In this document: piece by piece, positions 1 through 10,237 of the stretch
How positions within the stretch are numbered: the stretch's first letter is position 1
Layout: each line of letters opens with the position of its first letter
Source: an uncultured Methylomirabilota bacterium
GTDB taxonomy: Bacteria > Methylomirabilota > Methylomirabilia > Methylomirabilales > 2-02-FULL-66-22
DNA length: 64,000 nt
Assembly (NCBI GenBank): GCA_963705305.1
Contig: OY970067.1
Location: 3,552,001-3,616,000, forward strand
Direction of reading: 5' to 3'
Translations under genes and position numbers: made by a program
Notes under the pieces: generated by a model
Databases searched by the model: none
Told to the model about the DNA's origin: nothing
The model's input: the letters and a program-made list of their open reading frames with translations, nothing else

Positions 1-19
1 CCGCCGCGAAGGACATGTT

Positions 20-1012
20 ATGAGCCACACCCCTGCGTCGACGGACGAATTCCTGCTCCAGATCGCCGATCTGGAGACGCATTTCATCACCGAGGCGGGC
101 ACGGTGCGGGCGGTGGACGGCGTGAGCCTCACCATCCGGAAGGGGGAGACGCTGGGCGTCGTCGGGGAATCGGGGTGCGGGAAGAGCGTCACGGCGCTGT
201 CCATCCTCCGGCTGATCCCCACCCCCCCGGGAAAGATTACGGGCGGCAGCATCCGGCTGGGCGGGCGCAACCTGTTGGAGCTCTCCGATGGGGAAATGCG
301 CAAGGTGCGCGGCGGCTCCATCTCCATGATCTTCCAGGAGCCCATGACCTCCCTCAACCCCGTCTTCACCGTGGGCGACCAGATTGCCGAGGGGATCCGT
401 CTGCACCAGGGGCTGTCCAAGCGCGAGTCCTGGAACAAGGCCATCGAGATGCTGCGCCTCGTGCGCATCCCGGACGCCGAGCGCCGGGTGAAGGAGTACC
501 CGCACCAGATGTCCGGCGGGATGCGCCAGCGGGTCATGATCGGCATGGCCCTGTCCTGCAATCCCCAGCTCCTCATCGCCGACGAGCCGACGACCGCGCT
601 GGACGTGACCATCCAGGCCCAGATCCTGGAGCTCTTGAACCAGCTGAAGGCCGAGCTGGGCATGGCGGTCATGCTCATCACGCATGACCTGGGGGTGGTG
701 GCCGACACGGCCGCCCGCGTGGCGGTGATGTACGCCGGCCGCGTGGTGGAGGAGGCCCCGGTCCTCGAGCTCTTCACGCACCCCAAGCACCCGTACACGC
801 AGGGCCTCCTGGCCTCCATTCCCCGCATCGAGAAGGCGGCGCGCCGGCCCCGCCTGCAGGCCATTCCCGGCATGGTGCCGGACCTGCTGGACCTGCCGCC
901 GGGCTGCAAGTTCCAGGCGCGCTGCGCCCAGGTCTTCGACCCGTGTCGCGGCGAGGAGCCGCCGCTGAAGACGGTCGGGCCGGAGCATTGCGCGCGCTGC
1001 TATCTGTACTGA
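20..1012 (+). CDS. oppD: Oligopeptide/dipeptide ABC transporter ATP-binding subunit (OppD/DppD type)
   Basis: Walker A GESGCGKS, signature MSGGMRQR, Walker [14 protein letters not shown]-terminal HPY...Cys domain. Confidence 0.93.
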   Translation: MSHTPASTDEFLLQIADLETHFITEAGTVRAVDGVSLTIRKGETLGVVGESGCGKSVTALSILRLIPTPPGKITGGSIRLGGRNLLELSDGEMRKVRGGSISMIFQEPMTSLNPVFTVGDQIAEGIRLHQGLSKRESWNKAIEMLRLVRIPDAERRVKEYPHQMSGGMRQRVMIGMALSCNPQLLIADEPTTALDVTIQAQILELLNQLKAELGMAVMLITHDLGVVADTAARVAVMYAGRVVEEAPVLELFTHPKHPYTQGLLASIPRIEKAARRPRLQAIPGMVPDLLDLPPGCKFQARCAQVFDPCRGEEPPLKTVGPEHCARCYLY

Positions 1013-1023
1013 AGGGTGCCCCT

Positions 1024-1995
1024 ATGGCCAACGACGTGTTGCTCGGCGTCCACAACCTGCAGAAGCACTTCGAGATCAAGCGGGGCTTCTTCTGGGGGGA
1101 GCCGGCCAAGGTCCACGCCGTCGACGGCGTGAGCTTCGAGCTGCGGCGCGGAGAAACCCTGGGGCTGGTGGGGGAGTCCGGCTGCGGCAAATCGACCACG
1201 GGCCGGCTGATCCTGCGCCTCATCGAGCCGACCGCCGGCGAGGTGCACTTCGAGCAGGTCCCCATCTTCCAGGCCGGCAAGCGCGAGATGCGGAGCCTGC
1301 GCCAGCGAATGCAGATCATCTTCCAGGACCCGTACTCCTCCCTCAACCCCCGGATGACGGTCGAGCAGATCGTGGGGGAGGGGATCGTGATCCACAAGCT
1401 CTGCCACAGCAAAGCCGAGCGGCGCGCGCGCGTGGCCGACCTGCTGCAGCAGGTCGGCCTGAGCCCGGAGCAGATGCACCGCTACCCGCACGAGTTCAGC
1501 GGCGGCCAGCGCCAACGGGTGGGGATCGCGCGGGCCCTGGCGGTGAACCCCAAGCTCATCATCGCCGACGAGCCGATCTCCGCGCTGGATGTGTCCATTC
1601 AGGCCCAGGTCATCAATCTGCTGGAGGACCTCCAGGAACAGTTCAACCTGACCTACCTCTTCATTGCCCATGATCTGCGGGTGGTGGAGCACATCAGCGA
1701 CCGCGTGGCGGTCATGTACCTGGGCCAGATCGTCGAGCTGGCGGACAGCGAAGAGCTGTACGCCAAGCCGCTGCACCCCTACACGGAGGCCCTCCTCTCG
1801 GCCATCCCCATCCCCGATCCGACCACCAAGCGGCGGCGGATCATCTTGGAGGGCGATCCCCCCAGCCCGATCCATCCCCCGCCGGGGTGTCGGTTCCACA
1901 CGCGGTGCCACAAGCGGTTCGAGCGCTGTGACAAGGACGCGCCGGTTCTGCGCGAAGTCGCTCCGCGGCACTGGGTGTCCTGCCACCTGTATTAA
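1024..1995 (+). CDS. oppF: Oligopeptide/dipeptide ABC transporter ATP-binding subunit (OppF/DppF type)
   Basis: [31 protein letters not shown] domain; start set at ATG 1024 (MANDV) just after the oppD stop. Confidence 0.93.
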   Translation: MANDVLLGVHNLQKHFEIKRGFFWGEPAKVHAVDGVSFELRRGETLGLVGESGCGKSTTGRLILRLIEPTAGEVHFEQVPIFQAGKREMRSLRQRMQIIFQDPYSSLNPRMTVEQIVGEGIVIHKLCHSKAERRARVADLLQQVGLSPEQMHRYPHEFSGGQRQRVGIARALAVNPKLIIADEPISALDVSIQAQVINLLEDLQEQFNLTYLFIAHDLRVVEHISDRVAVMYLGQIVELADSEELYAKPLHPYTEALLSAIPIPDPTTKRRRIILEGDPPSPIHPPPGCRFHTRCHKRFERCDKDAPVLREVAPRHWVSCHLY

Positions 1996-2038
1996 GGGAC
2001 GGTATTATGGCGATCTAAACGTCGAAAGGAGAACGCGC

Positions 2039-3397
2039 ATGGAAACTTGGAATGTGTCGTCGCTTGTGAAGGAAGATCACGAGCATCTTCTCCATCCCCT
2101 TCAACACCCGGCGGATCACGCCGCCCCCCACATCTGGGTCCGGGGGAAGGGGGCCGTCCTGGTGGATGCCGAGGGCCGCGAGTTCCTCGACGGCCTCGCC
2201 TGCCTCTGGAACGTGAACGTGGGCCACGGGCGCCGGGAGTTGGCCGAGGCCGCGGCCGAGCAGATGGCGACCCTGGCCTACTCGACGAACTACGTCGGCT
2301 CCTCCAACGTGCCCGCGATCCAGCTCGCCCGCCGGCTCACGGAACTCGCCTACCCGAACCTCGTGGCGACCTACTTCGCCAGCGGGGGGGCGGAGGCCGA
2401 CGAGAGCGCCTTCAAGACCGCCCGCTTCTACTGGAAGGCCAAGGGGCAGCCGCAGAAGGTGAAGGTGATCTCCCGCCAGTTCGGCTACCACGGGGTCACC
2501 CTGGCGACCATGAGCGCCACCGCCGTCCCGGGGTACGGGAGGATGTTCGAACCCCTCGTCCCCAACTTCATCCATACCGCCACCCCGTACCCGTACCGGC
2601 TTGAAGGGGTGCGGCCGGGGGAGACCGTGGGGCAGGCGGCGGCGCGCATGCTGGAGGAGACCATCCGGGCGGAGGGGCCGGAGACGGTGGCCGCGTTCAT
2701 CGCGGAGCCGGTGCAGGGGGCCGGCGGGGTCATCGTCCCCCCGGCCGACTACTTCCCCTTGGTCCGCCAGATCTGCACCAAGCACGAGGTCCTCTTCATC
2801 GCCGACGAGGTCATCACCGGCTTCGGCCGCACCGGGGACTGGTTTGCCCTGAAGCGGTGGGGCGTCCAGCCGGACATCCTCGCCTTCGCGAAGGGGGTCA
2901 CCAGCGGCTACCTCCCCCTCGGGGGGATCATGGTGTCGCAGCCCATCCTGGAGACGCTCCTCGCGGCCCCCTACGCCGACCGCTGGATGCACGCCTACAC
3001 CTACTCGGGGCACGCCACCTGCTGTGCGGTCGGCCTCCGGAACCTGGAGATCATCGAGAAGGAGGGCCTGGTGGAGAACGCCGCGACGATGGGCGCCCGG
3101 CTCCTCGCCGGCATGGAGACGCTGCGGGACCTGCGGGCCGTCGGGGACGTGCGCGGCCTGGGGCTCATGGTGGGGGTGGAGCTGGTGGCCGACCGCGCCA
3201 CCAAGGCCACCTTCGACCCCGCCAAGAAGGTCATCAACAAGGTGCGGGCCGAGCTGGAGGCCCGTGGCGTGTTCACCCGGGCCATGCGGGACATCCTCGC
3301 CTACGCGCCGCCCCTCGTGATCACCGCCGCCCAGGTGGACAGGCTGGTGGCCGCCACCCGGGACGCCATCACCGCCGTGCTGCCCGAGCGGGCCTGA
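2039..3397 (+). CDS. Class III PLP-dependent aminotransferase (omega-amino acid/amine type)
   Basis: FIADEVITGFGRTG and PLP-lysine motif AFAKGVTSGYLPLG; RBS AAGGAG upstream of ATG 2039. Confidence 0.92.
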   Translation: METWNVSSLVKEDHEHLLHPLQHPADHAAPHIWVRGKGAVLVDAEGREFLDGLACLWNVNVGHGRRELAEAAAEQMATLAYSTNYVGSSNVPAIQLARRLTELAYPNLVATYFASGGAEADESAFKTARFYWKAKGQPQKVKVISRQFGYHGVTLATMSATAVPGYGRMFEPLVPNFIHTATPYPYRLEGVRPGETVGQAAARMLEETIRAEGPETVAAFIAEPVQGAGGVIVPPADYFPLVRQICTKHEVLFIADEVITGFGRTGDWFALKRWGVQPDILAFAKGVTSGYLPLGGIMVSQPILETLLAAPYADRWMHAYTYSGHATCCAVGLRNLEIIEKEGLVENAATMGARLLAGMETLRDLRAVGDVRGLGLMVGVELVADRATKATFDPAKKVINKVRAELEARGVFTRAMRDILAYAPPLVITAAQVDRLVAATRDAITAVLPERA

Positions 3398-3426
3398 CGT
3401 CCGGGGAGGAGACTGGAGCAGAGGCC

Positions 3427-4260
3427 GTGAGCCAGCAGAGAGCCTTTGACGGGAAGGTCGCGTTCGTGACCGGCTCCTCCCGGGGGATCGGACGCGTCAT
3501 CGCCACCCACCTGGCGAACCTGGGAGCGTCGGTCGCCATCCAGGGGACGACGCCCACCTCCACGCGCGCCTTCGGGGAGGCCGATTCGCTTGCAACGGTG
3601 GCTCGGACGATCGAGGCGGAAACCAGGAGCAGGGTGTTTGCTGTGCATGGGGACCTCACCGACCCTAGCGTGGTCCGAGAGATGGTGCGGTTCGTGTGCG
3701 CGAACCTCGGTCCCATCGACATCCTGGTGACCTGTGCCGGTGGGGACATCGGGGCCGCTGGTACCAGCGGCCCGCGAGCGGGGAAGCCTAGCCAGAATGA
3801 CGCCCTCGCGATCTCCTACGAAGACCTCCGCGCCGTGCTCGACCGCAATCTCATGACCTGCATCCTCGTCTGCCGGGAAACGGTCCCCGGGATGGTCGAG
3901 CGCCGCCGAGGGCGGGTGGTCACCATCGGAAGCGTGGATGGGCTGATGGGGCAGGCCGAGAGCGCCATGTACGCCGCCGCGAAGGCCGCGGTTCATGCGT
4001 ACACGCGCTGTTTGGCGGTCATGCTGCGGCCCCACAACGTAACGGCCAACGTTGTGGCACCCGGCGACATCGTCACCCCCCGCTTCGTGGCCAGCCGCGC
4101 CATAGACGCCGCGAGAATGGAGGCGCCGGGTACGCTTGAGGGTTACGGCACCCCGATCGAGGTCGCGCACGCGGTGGCCTTCCTCGCCTCGGAGGAGGCA
4201 GGCTACATCACCGGACAGGTGCTTCGGGTCGACGGCGGTCTGCAGTGCTTCGCAGGTTGA
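3427..4260 (+). CDS. Short-chain dehydrogenase/reductase (SDR)
   Basis: TGSSRGIG cofactor motif, YAAAK catalytic motif, C-terminal ITGQVLRVDGG; GTG start inferred. Confidence 0.88.
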   Translation: MSQQRAFDGKVAFVTGSSRGIGRVIATHLANLGASVAIQGTTPTSTRAFGEADSLATVARTIEAETRSRVFAVHGDLTDPSVVREMVRFVCANLGPIDILVTCAGGDIGAAGTSGPRAGKPSQNDALAISYEDLRAVLDRNLMTCILVCRETVPGMVERRRGRVVTIGSVDGLMGQAESAMYAAAKAAVHAYTRCLAVMLRPHNVTANVVAPGDIVTPRFVASRAIDAARMEAPGTLEGYGTPIEVAHAVAFLASEEAGYITGQVLRVDGGLQCFAG

Positions 4261-4344
4261 GCCGCGGGACGCTCTCCGGATTGTGGCCGAGGGTCTCTGG
4301 CGAGAGGGACAGAAGACGACTAGAGAGGGAAGGCCCGGGGAAGA

Positions 4345-5175
4345 ATGGCGAAGATAAAGATTGGCTACGTCGTGGCAACCCCTGAGGTCCGCCCGGATGA
4401 AGGTGTGACCGCCTATCAGGGGGACACGGGGACGGCCTTCCGCAGGCTCCGGGAGCTCGGGTACGATGGAGCAGAGCTGATGATCTGCGACCCGGCTTGT
4501 CTGGACCGTGCGATGGTGGAACGGCTCGCCCGGGAACACCGAATGGAGATACCGGCGCTGTGCACAGGAGAGGTGTTCGGTCAGGATCGGCTGTCCTTCA
4601 TGGATCCGGATGAGGGAATTCGGCACGAGGCGGTCCAGCGCATGAAGAAAATCATCGATTTCGCCTCGGGGTTCGGGGCCCAGGTGAATGTCGGAAGACT
4701 CCGGGGGCAGTTTCATCCGGAAATCCCCCGCGAGCGCTCACGCTCTTGGATGTTTGCCGCTTGCCAGACGGTGACAGATCACGCGGCCGCACGGGGAGTT
4801 ACGATTACGATCGAGCCGATCCCCCGCGTGGAGTGGAACAACATCTTCGACATCCGGGAGGGCATTGAGGTGGTGCGCGAAATGGGGCGGGAAAACTTCC
4901 GTCTGATGGCGGATGTCTACGCCATGAACATCGAGGAGAAATCGATCGCCCAGAGCTTCCGCGAGGCAAAACCGTACCTGTCACACATCCACATCTCTGA
5001 TTCAAACCGCCTGGCCCCTGGCGGCGGGAATCTGGACTTCCCGAAAATTGCCGAAGCGATTCGGGCGATCGACTATCGCGGCTACGTCTCGGCTGAAATC
5101 CTCCAATCTCCCAGTCAGGATATAGCCATGGAGACAAGCATCCAAGTTCTGAGACCTCTCTTAGCGGATCGGTAA
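4345..5175 (+). CDS. Sugar phosphate isomerase/epimerase, TIM barrel (IolO/ketose 3-epimerase-like)
   Basis: Metal ligands in IEP, D-x-Y-x-MNIEE, HIHISDSNRLAPGGG and YVSAE. Confidence 0.85.
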   Translation: MAKIKIGYVVATPEVRPDEGVTAYQGDTGTAFRRLRELGYDGAELMICDPACLDRAMVERLAREHRMEIPALCTGEVFGQDRLSFMDPDEGIRHEAVQRMKKIIDFASGFGAQVNVGRLRGQFHPEIPRERSRSWMFAACQTVTDHAAARGVTITIEPIPRVEWNNIFDIREGIEVVREMGRENFRLMADVYAMNIEEKSIAQSFREAKPYLSHIHISDSNRLAPGGGNLDFPKIAEAIRAIDYRGYVSAEILQSPSQDIAMETSIQVLRPLLADR

Positions 5176-5262
5176 GCACTGCTAGAAAAAGCGCAACCGG
5201 GGCATCTCCATGAAAGGTTAGATTCTTAGCTGCTGTGGGGCCATCCATGTCTCCATTTGGGG

Positions 5263-5417
5263 TCCGCTCCCCAGTTCCTTACCCTCATGCTCTCTCCGAT
5301 TTTCGCTCCACCTGATTGACGGGGGTCCCGGCAAGGCTCAAATGGAGCTTTGAGTCCCGCTGGGCCCCGGGCCATTACTCACGCCAACTCACGCGTCGGG
5401 GTTTGAGGAACATCGGC
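5263..5417. repeat. Structured direct repeat, copy A (homologous to 19430-19576)
   Basis: 53-bp core 5316-5368 matches 19475-19527 at 48/53; flanks also align. Confidence 0.8.
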
Positions 5418-5766
5418 CCTGGTTCCTCTACATTCGTCATCAGCGTACCGCTGGATCTGCGTCTCCACCAGCGGCAAGCTGCCCGCCTCGGAGATTCTCT
5501 TTTCGGCCACAGGACCCTCCCACAGGATGCCCATCGGGCCTGCCCGGCCCAGTTTCAGGATCGAGCCGGCGACCGCCGATCCATCCCAGTGCCCGGAGGT
5601 GCTGGGCGGGGTGGACCAATCGGTGGGAGCGAGCCAATGGAAGCTGTCTGATTCCGATTGACGCCCCATGGAGGCTCCGATACGCTTTTGTGTGCCATCC
5701 AAATCCACTGGACGCGATTTCAACCGCGCCAATGCTCTCGGTCGTGTGCCATTGGGGAGACGCAGA

Positions 5767-6243
5767 GTGGAACCCGATATTCGTGAAGCAGCGGATGACG
5801 ACCTCGAAGCGATCCTGTGCGTGTACCGCGAAGCCGGCTTAGACACTGCTGGAGGCCTGTCCGTCGCCCAGGCGCGTGCCATTCGCGACAGAATGCGCGC
5901 CTACCCGAACTACCACCTCTACGTCGCGGTGACTCAAGGACGCGTCTGCGGCACATTCGCGCTCCTCATCATGGACAACCTCGCCCATGGCGGACTGCCC
6001 TCGGGGGTGGTGGAAGACGTCGCAGTCCTACCGTCCTTCCAAGGCAAAGGAATCGGGAAGGCCATGATGCATTTTGCGATGCAGCAGTGCAAGCGCGCTG
6101 GGTGCTACAAGCTGACCCTCTCCAGCAACCAGACCCGAGAAGCCGCACACAAATTCTACGAATCGCTCGGCTTTGTGCGCCACGGGTATAGTTTCCAAGT
6201 CGACCTTGAGCAGGCCGCCGACCCGTCCGCTGGGTCAGGGTGA
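5767..6243 (+). CDS. GNAT family N-acetyltransferase
   Basis: Motif A VEDVAVLPSFQGKGIG and CYKLTLSSN...AHKFYESLGF; GTG start inferred. Confidence 0.88.
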   Translation: MEPDIREAADDDLEAILCVYREAGLDTAGGLSVAQARAIRDRMRAYPNYHLYVAVTQGRVCGTFALLIMDNLAHGGLPSGVVEDVAVLPSFQGKGIGKAMMHFAMQQCKRAGCYKLTLSSNQTREAAHKFYESLGFVRHGYSFQVDLEQAADPSAGSG

Positions 6244-6342
6244 TTCGTGCGACCGAAGCAGGGATCGACCCTCGCCCGCCGGGCCACCGAAGCCTGCTTC
6301 ACAGGACGCCAACGCTCGACGCAAGGTTCACCCCAAGAGGGA

Positions 6343-6606
6343 CACTGGATTTGTGGCTTCATTACATGGCCAATGAAGGCCTTGTGGTGACGTGGGTGCC
6401 CGACCCGTTGGCGATCCGCATCAGTCTCCTCCAAATCGACAATTCGCCTCAATCCGTGCTTCCACACCGCCTAGCTCGCGCCGTCACGTCATCGCTTGTC
6501 TCTTGACGTTCCTCCGACTACGGTAGCGGGGCCTGCGGTCCGCAAGGGTGATTAGCTCAGTGGTCTTGAGTCACTGGATTTGTGATTTCACTACATGGCC
6601 AATGAA
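6343..6606. repeat. Two-copy 35-bp direct repeat (6343-6377 and 6572-6606)
   Basis: CACTGGATTTGTGnnTTCAnTACATGGCCAATGAA, 32/35 identical. Confidence 0.85.
6546..6564 (+). other. 5' fragment of a tRNA-Val-like gene (possible att remnant)
   Basis: GGGTGATTAGCTCAGTGGT matches the acceptor/D-arm start of tRNA-Val(UAC); no anticodon or T arm follows. Confidence 0.5.
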
Positions 6607-6639
6607 CTACCCCGCGGCTTGCCGCGGGGTAGTTCATTG
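6600..6639. repeat. Perfect 40-bp palindrome resembling an IS200/IS605-type end or REP-like element
   Basis: CAATGAACTACCCCGCGGC-TT-GCCGCGGGGTAGTTCATTG, 19-bp arms. Confidence 0.75.
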
Positions 6640-6702
6640 AGGACGGAGCCAATCCTCTTACCTCTATAGTGCGGAGTCTGATACAGTTCTATCCAATGAC
6701 AC

Positions 6703-6740
6703 TTGACAAAAATGGAATATATTATAACATATAACATATA
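6703..6740 (+). promoter_or_regulatory. Sigma70-type promoter with overlapping candidate GntR operator
   Basis: TTGACA (6703) - 16 bp - TAACAT (6725) in an AT-rich patch; tandem ATAACAT repeats overlap the -10. Confidence 0.6.
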
Positions 6741-6782
6741 CGAAATTAATTTTAACAGTTCCGATCCAAGTCTTTATCGTTC

Positions 6783-7553
6783 ATGGGTATGGAAGCAGCC
6801 GCTACTCCAGCAATAGGCTCATGGAGTCTAGCCTTGGAACTGATGAGTTCATTTGAATCAACAGGATACGCCACAAATGCGAAAGACGATGGAGGAGAGG
6901 AAACCTACGCTTCCCTCTCTGAAATAACCTACCGGAGGATTCGCCGGTCGATCCTTCGCGGCGAGTTTCCGCCTGGCGCGAGTATTACCGAGGCCGAGTT
7001 GGCCAGCAGATTCCACGTCAGCAAAACGCCGGTCCGGGAAGCGTTGCGCCGCTTGGGACAGGAGGGGTTGATCGTCGCAGTCCCCCATCGCGGCGCCAAG
7101 GTGGCGGGGCTCACGCGGGCAGACCTTGAGGAGATCTACCTCATGCGGAGTCGCCTGGAGAGCTTGGCGGCCCGGCTCGCGGCGGAGCGACTTACGGCGG
7201 AAGACGCGGCAGAATTTCAGTCGATTCTTGCCGAATTGCAGGCGCAGACGGCCGCCGGCAATACCGACGCCATCCGTCGGCTCAACGTCACCCTGCATGA
7301 GCAGATCTGGCGCACTAGCCGGAGCCAGCGCCTGGCCCAAACGCTCTCGAATCTCCAGGATTACATCGAGATGTCTCGGGCCACAAAGCTCTCGGTGCCC
7401 CGAGGGAGCGAGCTTCTGTTCGAGGAGAACGCGCGTATCGTTCAGGCCATCCTGGCCAAAGACCCGGACCGAGCAGAACAGGCAATGATCCAGCATATCG
7501 CCTATGTGCTAGGCGAGCTTCGCAGCGGGAATCCGTCAGCTTCGGAGGGCTAG
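6783..7553 (+). CDS. GntR family transcriptional regulator (FCD C-terminal domain)
   Basis: HTH EAELASRFHVSKTPVREALRRL plus helical FCD domain; exact start uncertain. Confidence 0.9.
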   Translation: MGMEAAATPAIGSWSLALELMSSFESTGYATNAKDDGGEETYASLSEITYRRIRRSILRGEFPPGASITEAELASRFHVSKTPVREALRRLGQEGLIVAVPHRGAKVAGLTRADLEEIYLMRSRLESLAARLAAERLTAEDAAEFQSILAELQAQTAAGNTDAIRRLNVTLHEQIWRTSRSQRLAQTLSNLQDYIEMSRATKLSVPRGSELLFEENARIVQAILAKDPDRAEQAMIQHIAYVLGELRSGNPSASEG

Positions 7554-7557
7554 TCCC

Positions 7558-8907
7558 GTGCCACAACACATTCAGGTTGTGCACTACATCAACCAGTTTT
7601 TCGCGGGGATCGGCGGGGAGGCGGTGGCGAACACGCCCGTGGAGCTGCGGCCGGGACCGGTGGGGCCGGGCCGGCTCCTCCAGGATGCGCTCGGGGCAGC
7701 AGCGCACGTCGCGGCCACGATCGTCTGCGGCGACAACTTCTTCAACGACGAACGGGAGCGCGCCTCTGCACGGGTCCGCGAGATCGTCCGTGAGGTGAAG
7801 CCGGCCATCGTGATTGCGGGGCCAGCGTTCGAGGCGGGGCGCTACGGGGTGGCCTGCACCGAGGTGTGCGCGATCGCCCAAAGCGAGGGGATCCCCGCGC
7901 TGACGGCGATGCACCCTGAGAACCCGGGGGTGGCCCTCCACCGCCAGGACGTGACGATCCTCCCCACGGGAAAGAGCCCCGTCGAGATGCCCACGGCGGT
8001 TCAGCGGCTGGCGCGCCTCGGCCTTCGCCTCGCGCACGGGGAAACACTGGGACCTGCAGAGGTCGAGGGTTACCTGCCGCACGGCATCCGCCGGCTCGGC
8101 CGGCGCGAGCGGCCCGGGTACCTGCGCGCGGTGGAGATGCTCGTCGCGAAGCTCGCCAATCAGCCGTTCCAGAGCGAGGTGCCGTACCAGGCGCCCGAGG
8201 CGGTCTCGCCGGCCGCGCCGGTGCGAGATCTGCGCACAGCCTCGATCGCCCTCGTCACCACCGGCGGCCTCGTCCCAAAGGGCAACCCGGAGAAGCAGAC
8301 ATCGGGCAACCCGCAACGGTTCTACGGCTACCCGGTGGAGCGGCTCGAGCGGATGCGGCCCGGCGATTGGGAGGCGTACCACGCGGGCTACTTCACGCAC
8401 ATCGTGGATGCGAACCCGGACTATGTCCTGCCACTCGGCTTCCTGCGCGAGCTCGAGGCGGCCGGCCTGATTGGCGGGATCTCCCCGAAGGTCTACACCC
8501 TGCCCGGCGTGAGCACCCCGGTGGCGAGGTCGCGAGGGCTCGGCCTCGGCATCGCGGAGGAGCTGCGGAAGGCCAACGCGGGGGGCTGCATCCTCGTCTC
8601 GACCTGAGGGACGTGCAATCGTTGCGGGGCAACGATCGCCAAGGAAGTCGAGCGGGTCGGCATCCCCGTGGCCATGATTTCGGCCATCTACGACCTGGCG
8701 CTCACCACCGGGGCGAGCCGGGTCGTCCGGGGCTGCCGGATTGAGCATGTGTGCGGCAATCCCGAGCTGGGGCCGGAAAAGGATCATGCCTACGGCCTCC
8801 AGATCGTCCGGACGGCCCTGCGGGCCCTGCAGACCCCCGTGGAGCGCCCGACGCTCTTCGATCCGCTGAAGGACGAGGTCTCGAACGAGGTGCGCCATGA
8901 GGCTTGA
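7558..8907 (+). CDS. grdB: Glycine/sarcosine/betaine reductase complex selenoprotein B; Sec at TGA 8605-8607
   Basis: HYINQFFAGIGGE, ICGDNFF, GPAFEAGRYG; reading through TGA gives LVST-U-GTCNRCGATIAKEVER, joining ORFs 7558-8607 and 8668-8907 in one frame. Confidence 0.93.
8618..8636 (+). promoter_or_regulatory. SECIS-like hairpin of grdB
   Basis: ATCGTTGC-GGG-GCAACGAT, perfect 8-bp stem starting at nt +11 after the TGA. Confidence 0.8.
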
Positions 8908-10207
8908 ACTGGGCACGTTTCCCGTCCGCGAGGTTGCATTTGGTCCTGAGACCCGGTATCACAGCGGGATGCTGGAGATCGATCGCGCTCGCGTGCTGGG
9001 CGCGGTGCGCGAGGATCCCCGGGTCCGGTCCGCAGACTTGGAGCTGGCGCGGCCCGGCGAGTCCGTCCGCATCTGGCCTGTCCGGGATGTGATCGAGCCC
9101 CGTGTCAAGGTCCAGGGGCCTGGGGTCGCCTACCCCGGCGTGTGCGGGCGAGCCGTCGGCGTCGTCGGTCAGGGACGCACCCACCGGCTCGCGGGCGTCG
9201 GCGTGGTGGAAGTCTCGAATGTCAACTGGCACGACGCGGGCGGCGACTTCGTCGACCTCTACCTGGACATGTCCGGCCCGTGGGCAGAGCTCCTGCCGCT
9301 GGCCAAGCTGCAGAACGTCTGCCTGGTGGTCGAACCCGACCCCGCGCTCTCCATCGAAGCCCAGAATGACGCGGTCCACAACGCCGCCCTGGTGGTTTCC
9401 GACCGCCTGGCTGAGAGCACACGCGCACTCGAGCCGCCCGAACTGCAGGTCCTCGACCTCGAGGCCCGCACGAATCCGGCCCTGCCCAGCGTGGTCTACA
9501 TCTGGTGCCTCCATTCCCCACAGGGGATGTCGAATGCTCTGAACACGTTCTGCACGGCGACCTACGGGCTCACGCGGCTCACGCCGCCATGGGTGCTCCA
9601 CCCCAACGAGGTGGTGGATGGCGCGATCAACGGCCCGTACCGCACGTCGTTCGCCACATCCTGGACCGTGGTCAACAATCCGCTCTTCCTGGAGCTGTAT
9701 CGCCGGCACGGCGTCGACTTCAACTTCCGGGCCGTGCTCGCGTTCCGGACGGAGTGGACCACCCAGCGGGAGAAGGACCTGATGGCCGAGCAGGCGGCGA
9801 AAACGGCCGAGCTGCTGGGGGCGCAGGGGGCGGTGGTCACCTGGGACGCGGGCGGCAACGAGTTCATCGAGGTGATCCACACGGTGCGCGCCTGCGAGCG
9901 CCGGGGGATCAAGACCGTGTTCCTGACCAGCGAAGATTCGCCGGAGGGCGGGGCGCCCACCCTGCTCGAGCCCTGTCCCGAGGCGGACGCGATCGTCACC
10001 ACCGGCTTTTTCAGCACCTCCGTGATGGATCTCGGGCTCCTCCCGGCTGTCCAGCGGGTCATCGGCAATCCGCTGAAGGTCCGCGGGCGCATGCGGGACG
10101 GGGCGATCCCGGAGGCCGGCGCCGCACAGACGGCAACTGCTCTCGCGCCGCCCGGCCGCTACGACGACCACTACGGCTTTGGCACCCTCACCTCTTTCAT
10201 GTACTAG
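8897..10207 (+). CDS. Reductase component B companion subunit (GrdE/GrdI family), atypical
   Basis: MRLEL start, PGESVRI.PVRDVIEPRVK, HPNEVVDGA, NNP; overlaps the grdB stop. Confidence 0.88.
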   Translation: MRLELGTFPVREVAFGPETRYHSGMLEIDRARVLGAVREDPRVRSADLELARPGESVRIWPVRDVIEPRVKVQGPGVAYPGVCGRAVGVVGQGRTHRLAGVGVVEVSNVNWHDAGGDFVDLYLDMSGPWAELLPLAKLQNVCLVVEPDPALSIEAQNDAVHNAALVVSDRLAESTRALEPPELQVLDLEARTNPALPSVVYIWCLHSPQGMSNALNTFCTATYGLTRLTPPWVLHPNEVVDGAINGPYRTSFATSWTVVNNPLFLELYRRHGVDFNFRAVLAFRTEWTTQREKDLMAEQAAKTAELLGAQGAVVTWDAGGNEFIEVIHTVRACERRGIKTVFLTSEDSPEGGAPTLLEPCPEADAIVTTGFFSTSVMDLGLLPAVQRVIGNPLKVRGRMRDGAIPEAGAAQTATALAPPGRYDDHYGFGTLTSFMY

Positions 10208-10237
10208 GGAGCCGTCCGAAGAGCGGAGGTAGTGACG

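Noticed and set aside
6343..6606. 35-bp repeat pair as a CRISPR array
   Set aside because: Only two copies, 194 bp apart, and no cas genes in the window.
6546..6625. Complete tRNA-Val
   Set aside because: No anticodon stem, TTCGA loop or 3' acceptor strand.
7558..8907. grdB (and likewise grdA) as nonsense pseudogenes or two separate ORFs
   Set aside because: The TGA sits at the family's known Sec position, the frame continues, and a SECIS-like hairpin follows.
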